A stretch of 64,000 nt of DNA. Source: Ophelia neglecta (taxonomy: Eukaryota). The notes under the pieces are model-generated. The model was not told the origin of the DNA. It saw only the letters and a list, made by a program, of their open reading frames with translations, and did not search any database. Below, one piece after another: positions 25,001 to 36,100 of the stretch; within the stretch, counting starts at the first letter, position 1; the number at the start of each line of letters is the position of its first letter. Location: the NCBI GenBank assembly GCA_965285935.1, contig OZ260662.1, positions 119,908,001-119,972,000 of the forward strand. Direction: 5' to 3'. A program made the position numbers and the translations under genes.

Positions 25001-25904
25001 CGTATATACTCTCGTTTAATCTTATCTCCGAATAGCCTTGTATTGCCTCGTTTTTTTCCTCGTAAAACTTATTATCGCACCTTTAATAGTTAAACAATGT
25101 ATTTCCTCTACAAGCAAACTTGTCATTCTTAATTGACCGAACTTGCGATACTATTCGACATCTGGTGGGCGTCTCAGAACTGCAATTTCTGGAAATCCTG
25201 GTCGATCATGTGACTGTATTAGTGGCCGGCTTGCTTGACATGTGGTAACACCCGAGAGGCTGCTTTCTCAGAGCTGACTCCGCTCGTGGCTAAACTGCCT
25301 TCCAGTTTATATAGCTTATCGCTTCTGAAACCAGAAGAAATGTACATGCCTACTTGCATAGATGATAACCATTGAGAAAGTAAAAAATTAATTAGGCAGT
25401 AAACAACAACAATTAGTAATTTGTTTAAAATATTGGCATTATGTTCGTGGTAAGCTGCTTGGCTGTCCCTCCTCATTCTGCGCCAAGTATCTGAGATCTC
25501 CAATTTTAACGCTTCGACACTTATGAAATAGTTCAGTGCTTCCACAGTCAATATCATTTGTTAATGCACTATGATCGTATACAGTAGTAAAGCTCAAACT
25601 TGATGTTCTGACATGTTCGCTGTATGGCAAATGGTATTGCAGAATCGTGCATCTAACATAATGGCTTTTTTATATACAAATTCATTAAGGACTTAATGAC
25701 CTACATTTCCTTCCAACCCCTTAAGGTCGTCGTGCCTGCCTAGGAGAAGCCCTCGCCAGACAAGAGCTGTTCCTATATTTCACCTCAATTCTGCAGAGGT
25801 TCCATGTCCTACATCCACCTGGCAAAGAGAAAATGTCCGAGGAGGCGATATTCGGTACGGTCCTTACCCCGAAACCACACCAGCTTGTCCTAAAACAGAG
25901 ATAA
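22097..25904 (+). CDS. Cytochrome P450, CYP2 clan, copy A (494 aa, 5 coding exons)
   Basis: Exons 22097-22341, 22617-22732, 23460-24271, 24605-24737 and 25726-25904; all introns GT-AG with compatible phases; 1485 nt open. N-terminal membrane anchor, [12 protein letters not shown] hinge, FADRP, I-helix AAGSDTT, ETLR, FDAERF and heme motif FGVGRRACLG. Confidence 0.95.
23205..23405. mobile_element. Degenerate copy of the 3555-3782 MITE family in intron 2 of CYP A
   Basis: Shares GATAAAAGTGCTTAATCAGTCTTAACTTG and TCTTACATTTAAT with the other copies, at the same intronic position as 34289-34517. Confidence 0.55.
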
Positions 25905-26329
25905 ACTACAACAAACTACAAATACGGACCGAGCTATTCCATATGACTTCAAATTTATTACCACAACAAAGGATCAGTACTCACCATTTTGAATATACCA
26001 TGTAATTACATCTCGATTGACCTTGATTCAAGTATTGCCGCCATTTTCGGTATATTAGTTTTGCATTATCAAGCGGGTAGTTCCCCGATAGTTCTTTGAA
26101 ACCCGAAAAGAAACCATCTCCGGAGATGGTTTTGCATTTTTGGCGGGTTTTTGGGTTTCAGTCTTAAAAAGAGGGCAGTTTTGCAAAACAAAAACTAGTT
26201 TGAAAAAATTGTTAGCAAACCAACGCATTATAAAAAGATAGCCTACACCTACACGTACTTAATTAACAGCTTTTATGCCGGTCCGCATCACAAAAACACA
26301 CGTCCACGTCAAGTAATTGATTCATACCT

Positions 26330-26604
26330 GTATTTTGCTGAGATTTTTTTTTCTTGCTCTTTCCGCATTATATTATCAGTAGCATTTAATAGTAATTTTG
26401 TATTTTTCTAAGTTACCTTCATGCAGGTGGCTCCTATGATAGCGTTCCTCGCAGAACTTAATGGGAGTCTCCTTGACATATTAGTAGTGTAAATTTACCA
26501 TAAATAATGTATATATATATTACTAACCTCCAATATTTGTTGTACTTACCTCCCTATATCAATGTAAAAATGTGTCTAAATAAATACAATACCATACCAT
26601 ACCT
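26330..26604 (+). mobile_element. 5'-truncated LINE 3' end with (ATACC)n tail in the 3' UTR region of CYP A
   Basis: Absent from copy B (TGATTCATACC|ACAGG at ~40342). Flanked by CATACCT on both sides; AATAAA at 26579. Confidence 0.7.
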
Positions 26605-26778
26605 AGTGTCTAAAAAGCAGTGATTTTTTGTAATCTAAATTTCACTAGTTGGATGAACCCTTTGTTCCAACCAAATATTACTTTCTGTAATGCTGTGATG
26701 ATACTACAATGAACGAAACTAATATGAAGTTACCACAAGTAGCTAAGCTAAACGTCTTGTTGTAAAGAATTGTTGTTC

Positions 26779-26784
26779 AATAAA
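26779..26784 (+). terminator. Putative poly(A) signal of CYP A (paralogous signal at 40486-40491 for CYP B)
   Basis: AATAAA in the same conserved context (TTGTTCAATAAATG) downstream of both stop codons. Confidence 0.45.
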
Positions 26785-29244
26785 TGGCATTATTAATACT
26801 TAAATTTGGCCTTTATTCTCTCTTAGCTATTTGAAGTGAATGTATGCTACACAAATACTCATAGTAACTGGATAACGAACCTATCCAATACGTTATTCAG
26901 GCATGTGACTGATTCAGGCTTAACATTGTAGTGTGATTGAGCAGGTACTTGTTTAGTGTAAGATAATTACGTCCCCTGATTCTATAGTCCCTCTTCAACA
27001 AAACTAGAACTACATAATTGTTTCAATTTTGTTAGTCCGAGGAAATAGTAAACTATCTGATTTCCAGACTGGGTCCAGAATATACTTAAATTGCTGGACT
27101 GGTGTATATAGGTCTACCGAGATTGGTCCCTAGGTTGTTGACCGCAGCCCTGCCAGCATGAGTTACAGTCTTATGGACATGTGTGATGAAACATGCTCGA
27201 TGCAACATGTATAATGGCGACGTAGCAGCCTGTTACGACAGACTGTTTTGCAAATTTGAATGTCTCGTTTTGTTAGCTGCAATATGGTAATAATCTCTTG
27301 AGTATATTTTGACATTGTTTAATTGACGGATACATGTATAAAGGATAATCGTCGATGGGATTGGAACACGTGCACGCGATACTACTAGTAAGCTAGGGAT
27401 GGTCCTAGAGAGATGAGTCTAAGCTAGGCAGGTCCATTGGACTACATACCTCCGAGAAGCCTGAGACATAATTCTCAATTCAAGCTGCATGCATATTAAT
27501 GGATAGGATACAGTCATTGATTACAAGTTCTTAGTATGGAGGCAACTAATAATTTCTTTTATTTTTCACTAATAAATACCGTTTTAATACTTGAAAATGG
27601 CACATTTAAAAGAAAAAATATTTTGCAAGTGCTCATTCCATTTCTGTCCATTGTGCTTATGGCTCAGGATAAGCAGGGCCAAAGTTATAGGTATTTCGGT
27701 AATAACAGCAAGAAATCCCGTTTGCGCTGACGGGGTTTCCCCTCAAATCGCGACGGCATTGGAGCTATTGCGCCGTATGTCAAAATGTCGTCGTCTGCTC
27801 ACCGTCAACATGGTGTACTGCGTGGTGTGTGTGTGGGGGGGGGGGGGGCAGAGTACCGGCAGTGGAACATCCATACACAGATTCCCCAAAGTCCCAAGAG
27901 AATGCAAACAAATGGATTATCAAAGTGAAGTCGATAAGGCAATATTATAAACATAAAAAATTGCATACTTTGTTGACAGTGACTCTGTTGTACGTCGTGC
28001 AATTGCGCGAAATGCGGGATATGTCCCATCATCGTGTAGGTTGTTACCTGGGATGTTACCATCAGTGCCTGCATCTAGAAAGAAAAATGACACACCACGG
28101 GTGAGCAAGGCACTTCTCAAACGACAGACCCTCGAGGTAAGAAGGGTTTATTCACACTCCAATGTCACATGGTGAAAATTCATGTGCATCACATGACCAG
28201 CAAATATGCGTACAGTCCTACTGACCTATAACAAACAGCTGTCAGATTCGGGCGCACAGGTCTTCTTGCGATCTCCATATAAGTGAGATTTTTACCCTTT
28301 TGGTAATAAGAGCAAAGATAAACATAATGAATCAGTACTGCCAGATTGTTAAGTTTAAGTTATTACCTATTGCTCATAATTATCTAAGTAATATTGGTTA
28401 TTTAAGAAGGATTATGATATGTACATTAGCATTAGGTATCAAAGTATGGTACTAGCAAGAAAATGTCAGGGAGGGATGATTTCAAATAGGCTTAAAACTG
28501 GACATTTTAATATTACCTCAGTAGTATCGCGATTTTACCCCCTGTGTCATTAATGTATGTGGAATTCATTCCTTTGGTTGCTATGTTCATACCAAAGTGA
28601 CACCCACGAACGAGGTTAAGTGAAGCCAGCAGATATTATGTGCCCTGCTTAATTAGTTATTGTGTCATTAAACCCCAAAATCCAAGTCCAAATCTGTGCG
28701 TAAATTTATTCAGGGAATTCGAATTCACAGCCTTACAATCCAGGGTCCATACACTTGAATGAGTTTGTGAATAGTGGTATGTGAATGTTAGTAAAGGGCA
28801 TCACGAAAGCCTACCTAAGTGCCAGAGGTTCTAGTGTTGCGAATCTTTTTGCACTGCACATGCTTGTAGAACTTTTCGGATATTTGTCCCCAATCTCGTC
28901 AATATCCACCGAATAAAAAGTCGTGTATGCCAAATATCGCCGTAAGCTGAAAAAAGTCAACAGTAATAATTAAACTTAGGCAATGTTTTAAGAAATTTAA
29001 ATCACAAACTTTTAGCGTAGATTCTTATATCAATAATTCTATGCAGAACACATTTTAAGGAGTTACTCGGAGAATTTTATCACAGGTCTAAGTACATGGG
29101 GTCTTTTTTTCACTGAACATATTGAATCTGGAAATATCCAAACACAACAGAAGGAAGACAATATATATGTAGATCTGTTAGTAAGACAATGATCTAGTAC
29201 TTCTAGTACGTGGAAGTAATTATAGCAATGCAGAACAATCATTT

Positions 29245-29600
29245 CAGACCAATTGGCTATGGCCGAAATGGTTTTGAACAAAATAGCCGGGACCAAAATG
29301 CCAATTGACGGGATAGCTCCCGGCGTTTGGCTTCATGCCAACAGAGGTCACCCGAGGTATGCGTTTCTTTGACTGCAGTATAGAAATATATATGGGTCGA
29401 CAGGCTGCTGGCATACCCCAGTGTGACAATTCAGCGTTCGTCTCTGCACTGGCTTAACATTACGTGCTTATGTATTAAACCATAGATATGTATATTCTCT
29501 ATATCTATGATTAAACGTGTTACAAATACCCAATCTATCCAAGATTCATCTATCTAAGAAGCGTTGTACTGGGGAGAAGGTCGACCGTGACAAGTTACCG
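29245..29600 (+). promoter_or_regulatory. Putative promoter and non-coding exon 1 of CYP copy B
   Basis: NFI palindrome 29327-29341, AGGTCA-N4-AGGTAT 29345-29360, TATA-like box interrupted at 29480, donor CCG|GTGAGT at 29600/29601, acceptor TTTCAG at 33090. Confidence 0.6.
29481..29509. mobile_element. 29-bp miniature TIR element (CATAG...CTATG, 7-bp TSD; P-superfamily-like)
   Basis: 9-bp TIR CATAGATAT/ATATCTATG, with ATTAAAC duplicated at 29474-29480 and 29510-29516. Copies A and C have the empty site. Confidence 0.75.
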
Positions 29601-32600
29601 GTGAGTGTACGTGCTTTAGTCCACCTGTACAGTCGTTAGTCAAGGCCAGAAGGCCCTGTGTGTAGGAAAGTATCCTGTGAATACTCAGGTTTAACTACAG
29701 ATTTTACTAGTAATGTATATTTACGAACTATTCATCAGTACCGTGATTTAAAATTAAAATTTTAATGGCTACAAAATATATGTTATTAAGGTCAACCCCA
29801 GTGTTAAGGCAATGTTCCTACATGTATCTATACTACATGGGGCGATGTGGAATCTATAACTAACACACCTGGCAGTGCACTGACCGTAAAAATTCCTTGC
29901 CGACAGGACAATGTCATTATAAATGCCTGCTATTGACCCATAACTGACATAAACAGCCATTTGTAAACCTGGCTGTTAGAGAGGCTTACTAGGACAGAGG
30001 CGAATGAGTCCAGATACGGCATGTCAATCCAGAAGAGACTGAGATACAACTTCCCAGAACTGTAGTATGGGGTACTCCATTCACAGAGGTTCCACCCCCC
30101 CCCCCCCCCCTCCTCCCATATTCGCATTTAAAATGAATCCTCTCTCAGGCGAGATACCAGATGTAGGATGGTCATTTACTATAAAATCGACAATTTTATC
30201 TTCTTTTGCGTCTTCTAGTAAATATTTACAATACGTGCTTGTACGAGGCGGGTACATGACACTTGGTGATGTTGGGTCGCTTCAAATATATGAACACAAA
30301 TTAGACCCATATAACCAACATTCGTGGGCTAAACCACCTAACTGTCCGCCAGCGTGAAGTTTAAATAGATATTAATTGGATCTTCACCAAGATGGCAGAT
30401 GTTTTGCCTTAAGGTACCGTTACCCTTCCCCTGGAGCCAATCCTAGGCTCAACAGTTAATAATTACAGCCCTCTTAAATACACAAAGGTAGGCATCAAAG
30501 GGTAACACCTATTCTTGAGTAGTATTTCACTTATAATATTGTTATCACATAGCCCTCTCATATCTGCATTTGGCTCAATTAGCGACAATTTATTAGTTAA
30601 GCTTAGAAAACTGAAGAGTTTTTGCCTGGAACATTTTCTTTGGGCACGATCACGATGACATGCAGTGGCCCTGCTGGGGTTAATTTATAGCCATGCTGAA
30701 CAAAGCATACATTAAATTTGCCAAAGGAAGTCAGCTTGTTGCTTATTATGACATACCATGGGCAATAAATAGTAAAACTTGCTCATGTCTAAAGCAATAC
30801 CGACAATTCTGTGGAGGGAAAAAGCACCCCTCTACTATTATTATTGGTCTGGTTTATTTTATGTTTGTAGGCCTAAGATAACAGCGGCACCGCGTATATA
30901 GACGGTCTAATGGAAATGTGGGGCATGACAATACACAGGGTGCCAACAAAAATCATCATAGAAGGGGCCTCATTGTGGTGTGGTGTGGGGGAGTAATAAA
31001 GGATCCAAGAAAGATTTCCCTGTGAGGACTGGTAAAGCAATTTGCTCAGGGGATGTGGAGGAATTCAAAGTGAGAGTTTTCTAGAAGAAGAGTACATTTA
31101 AAAGGTTTGTTAGATATATATGAGGTATCTGGTAATATAGGCCATGTGAAGTCTCATTTGATGTCGTACAACAGCCATACCGGGATGGTTGCCATTACTT
31201 TCAAAAGTTTCCAGAGGGCAGAAAATATTGATTTAAATGGGCGCCGATGTGAATACATCAACATTCGATGCGTCAACCTTGAAGCCATTACTCGTCTCTT
31301 GTCGGAAATGTCTCTCAACCATCTAGCGGGTGAGTGTTTCTTGCCAGCAGTCCCCGCCGTCAGCTCAATCCGGAGCGTTTCCTTCACCGTGGACGTCATT
31401 TGAAACTTTGTACCTAATATCGTCTATGTCATCGAAGATGGTCTCGACACATTCCGGTTGGACCAGGCAAACGATTCACACAAATACGCCGTCTGTGGTT
31501 GTGCACCAACGCCAAGTGCTACTCACGACACTATGTATTTAGACTTTAGTTTAAGAAATGGCCGTTTCGGGAGCCACCACTGTTTAACTGCTTCAATTCC
31601 CCGCCGAGAGAAAACACCGAAATTGATATTCGACAAGGTGATTTAAGATGATTTAAGTTTCCACTTGGCTAATCTGGAAAACATCGATGAGGAGCTGTCC
31701 CGTGTCTATCCTGACCATCCACCAGGTTGTCAGCATACCATACATTGGGGCAGTAGCTAGCACGTTAGATTTGATTATTTTAATCATTTTGCGTATTGAG
31801 CCATATTGACTGGGTTGCTGTGTTGTTTTGGTTATTCTGGTGTTGTGATCGCCAAGGTTCCCTTTTTGTACTATGTATATTTATTTTGTGAGTATAGGTG
31901 TATTTTATATAGATTAATTTGAGTATCCCTGGTTACCTAGGATACCTTGGTTACTCGTATGTATTTAATATGGGACCACTGCTAGACGTCTTGCTATTAT
32001 TAATTTGATTTGATATTGCTACATTATGTAGTTTTGTTTAAATGTATTAAGCAGTGAGTGTCTTGAATAGTGGATGGAATGCACCAAGTTCCGTTGCCAA
32101 GGGTGCTTTCCCAGGTCCCGAGCATGGTTAATTAAAACCACTTGAACTGGACATGCCTGCGACCCACACATTCCACCAATGGAACCCTTGTCCCAGCTTA
32201 ACCTGTGACGTCATTTGTAACAAATTGGCCCTCGCGCCACGGTTAGATGTTGGAAATTAAGCGTATTCCGTTTTTTTCACCATTTCGTTTTAAAACCCAT
32301 TCGGATAGTTAAAGGACACTAATCGGCACTATTACATTAATTTAAATATCTGTGAAAAAAAAATTGTGATTGATTGATTGATAGAAATCATTGATTTGCC
32401 GTAGATTTCGTAACTGATGTCTGGGTCAACGCGTGCCTGCAAACTTCAACAACACCTAGCAGCTGCACGCCCTTCGCGTACCTTCGATATCTTACCCATA
32501 ACGTCTTATCTATGCATTATGACTATCGATGTATTGATTGATGCTTTATTTTCCTCAACTGAATGAGAGCGAAATATATATACAGTTATTTTAACATACA

Positions 32601-33131
32601 AACACATTTTCATTGTAAAAGGACATTTTAGTCAACAAATAAATAAAGAGTTTAAAGTGATACTCATACATTGGACATTTAGCAAGCTTAGGGTTATGAT
32701 TTACTACAATGGATCACATATTCATAAGAAAATAGGTTTCTAGCCAGAGGGCCAAACGTAATAAGTACAAAGGAAAGAAGATTATAAACATCGCTATCGC
32801 AATCAAAAATAATCCCACAATATACGCCTCCGAGAAAGGTTGAAATAAGATCATTATTTGATAGGTTGTGTAATGATATCAAAGTTTATTAAAGGTTATT
32901 TTTGGGTATAGTTAGGTCTTTGCACTAACCGCCACGTGGCTTCTGTAGGCCTTTTGTAAAACATCATGTAGACAAGTTAATAGAAAATATTGTAGTAAAA
33001 ACGACATACAATTTTGATATTTGCCCGGTTATAACTGTTCTCAGCGTCGCATAGATTGTAACGCCATACATTTATACTGTATCATTTCAGGTACCACCCA
33101 TACGTAACTGAGGCTTAACCTAGCAAAAACA

Positions 33132-36100
33132 ATGTGTGAAGTGCTGCCAATGGCCTATGACAACCAAGCCGCCATCTTAGCATGTGTGGTTTTATTCCTA
33201 GGATCGTGTTTCTTAATGAAGACATGGTTTCCCAGGAACCGGAAATCACCCCCAGGCCTTCCCAGCATTCCCATACTAGGAAGTCTCCCTTGGCTGTCCA
33301 TAGATGTGAACCACCTAACATTCATGAAACTCTACAAAAAATACGGGGCCATCTACACAATGGACCTTGGAAGTCAGTAAGTAAAACTAGCAGGATACAT
33401 CTAAACGGACACGCATTATTTGAAATGCCCGTTCAACTAAAAGCAAGGTTGTCATTATTATACGATCGCTGCAAGCATTAAGATAATCACAAGGGACGAT
33501 ACAACAAAACACCAATGATACATCTTAGGTATCATGCATAATCGCTACCATTATTGAACCAGACATCTTTCACAGCAACCCTCATGTCGTTTTACATGTG
33601 AAAAAAAATTGATGTATAGCATGGCATGAATGATGAATGGGTCTTCTTCAGGCGCACCGTGGTCCTGAACGACTACCGCAGCATACACGATGCTCTCGTC
33701 AAGCAAGCAGTGATATTCGCTGATAGACCACCTTTCAATTTGGTCAAGACCAATAAAAATCAACATGGTAAGCTGAATATTTTGGGCTTCCAGCCGAGCT
33801 TTCTGAATGGATGATTCTTGATTATTGCTTTGAATTGAATGCTGGGTATCCACTCGCGTTTGGTCGTCAGGTGGCACATATTGATCTATGTATATAGGTA
33901 TATAATGTCCTGTGGCTGCATAGGCTAAGATTTAGGGCCTATTATTTTGTTTTCTTTCAATGATTATGCTTTGTCTGCCAGGTATCCTTTCCCGTTTGTA
34001 CATAACCTTTTTTTAGTATAGAAAATTATCAGCTGTTTTTATTATGTTATATATGAACTATGTTTGATGTTGTACCGTTATGAGTACAGTCAGCTAAATC
34101 TTAATGATATCTGATCTCCCGCCAGATCACTTGATCACTTATGTACACTTCAATGTACAGACTGGAATGGCCTTACCCATTACTGTACCTACACTTAAAC
34201 ACATAATATACAACCTTTATTATGCGAGATGCGATGAGGGATCGAAACCAAAAGCAGGGGTTCTTTTATTGTTTAATAAATAAGCTCTTGGCCCGGTTTT
34301 GGGAAACGGTCTCAGGACATACCACGGATAGATATCATGATTAAAGGGCTTAATCGGTCTTAACTTGCTAATCAGGTTTTATCGGAAGCAGGATTTGATC
34401 CTCTCCCTTGGCATTTTTATCTTACATTTAATCCTGGTAAATAAAAAACACTGATCAACACTGTCTTAGCTAATTGATAACAGACTAATCTAGTCCGTAA
34501 ACTTAGAATCCGGGCCCTGTTTTGGTGTTACAAAGCATTAGGGAGCGTTCTCACCAAATAGCAATACGACAGTCAAATCGACAAGGTTCAGGTCTAGGGG
34601 GGGTTGCTGTACATGGCCTACATCCATGAACCAACCCTTGAGCTGAGAGAATGCGGATTCGGTGCCACTCGTTGTAATATTGCGTGTCCATCCATTCTAC
34701 AAGCGGACGATATAGCTTCAATAGTCTATTTCCCCTTATCGCTCCAAAAATGATACACATATGTGAAGGTAATGCAAATAATTGGAGATATTCTTATAGT
34801 GACTCAAAAACAACAGTAATTATTTTCAATGAAACACCACGTGAGGCTAGGTGTCTTAACCCACATAGACGGTGGACGCTTAATGGCAAATCACTCACCG
34901 TATCACAAGAATCAACTCACCTTGGCATGATGTTTAGCACCTCACATAGTCATGCCAACAGGACAAAATACATATGCCATCGGCTGAAAAAGGGTATGAT
35001 CGCACTCATAGGGCTCGGGGCACATCCGAGAAGCATGGCAGTTCTCAAACAATATACGAGAAAATTGTCCAGAGTGTGTTAGGTAATTGTACACTTGCCA
35101 TTATGATGGAGCAAAAGAAGCTCCAGTTTTTCGGCTGCCTTCTTCATCTCCCGCCAGATCATTTCATCTCCCGTATTCTGAGGGAGCGCCTCCTTCATAC
35201 CCTGTTCTCCCCTGGGTTACCTAACGGTCTTCTCCCGGATATTGTCAGGTACTTGAGCTTCTTTGACTTGAAAGACACTATTAAGCATTTCTCGTGGCAG
35301 AAGAAATTCCAATTTTAAATTAGTGGAAATACTTGATCAAAGGCATTGTCCGCGAACACTATGAAACCTGGCTAAGGAGCCGGCTTGACTCGGACATGTC
35401 ATACCAGTTTTACACTGAAACGTCCAATGACCCGACAGTCACACTTCCACACCAGATATGGCTAGCCTCCAACCAATTTCCTGAACGTAAAATTCATTTT
35501 AAACAACTCGCCGATCTTGCCAGTAGGGAAAAGAAAAAGCTACATTCAGTGTGTATATTGCAATGTTACGATCTCAGATCAGGTATCGCACTACATATGT
35601 AACTGCCCACAGTTTATGGCCTAGAGACATTTTTTCCCGACTGCCTTTACTATGCCCGCAAATTTTACAAATCGTAACGTCACCTGGATCGGAGCAGCAG
35701 TTAAAATCGATAATGGCACTTGTCTTGTAGCCACATAAAGGGTTCAAAGCCGCCAGATCACAGCATTAAACCACACATGCAATGGTAATTTGCTAATATA
35801 ACCGGTCATATTCTTGAAGAAATGAGTTTAAACATCTGGCCCCCCTGCTGGGAAATCGCCATGTATCCAGAGAAAGTCCGGCTGCATGGGAAGGGTGAGT
35901 CAGTAGCGCCGAGGCCAGTTTGGAGGTGGTTGTTTCGTGATTAACCTGCGTCATGTGAGCTGTGCGTAGATGCCATGTTTTTGTCATATGATTTGTGTAA
36001 CCTTTTACGTACATGGCTGTAATACAATGTCAATAAAAATTATGAGGAAACCATGGCAATACCGAAATTAAGCGCTGTAACTGTCCGCAGAAATGAATTC

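Larger units (their letters stand above)
19500..27400 (+). repeat. Tandem segmental duplication unit A (CYP gene with flanks)
   Basis: 19500-20250 aligns with 49312-49730 plus 54550-54970. 20250-20970 aligns with 29200-29970 and 54970-55660. The gene and 3' flank align with 33050-41100. Confidence 0.85.

Noticed and set aside
28530-28695. SINE-like 3' end (TTAAACCCCAAAATCCAA; also ~41890)
   Set aside because: No tRNA-like head or A/B boxes recognised, and the second copy is explained by the segmental duplication.
31107-31646. ORFs in the GC-richer block shared by intron 1 of B and C (56888-57567)
   Set aside because: Frames are not conserved between the two copies and contain stops. It may be an old TE remnant, but no motif could be assigned with confidence.
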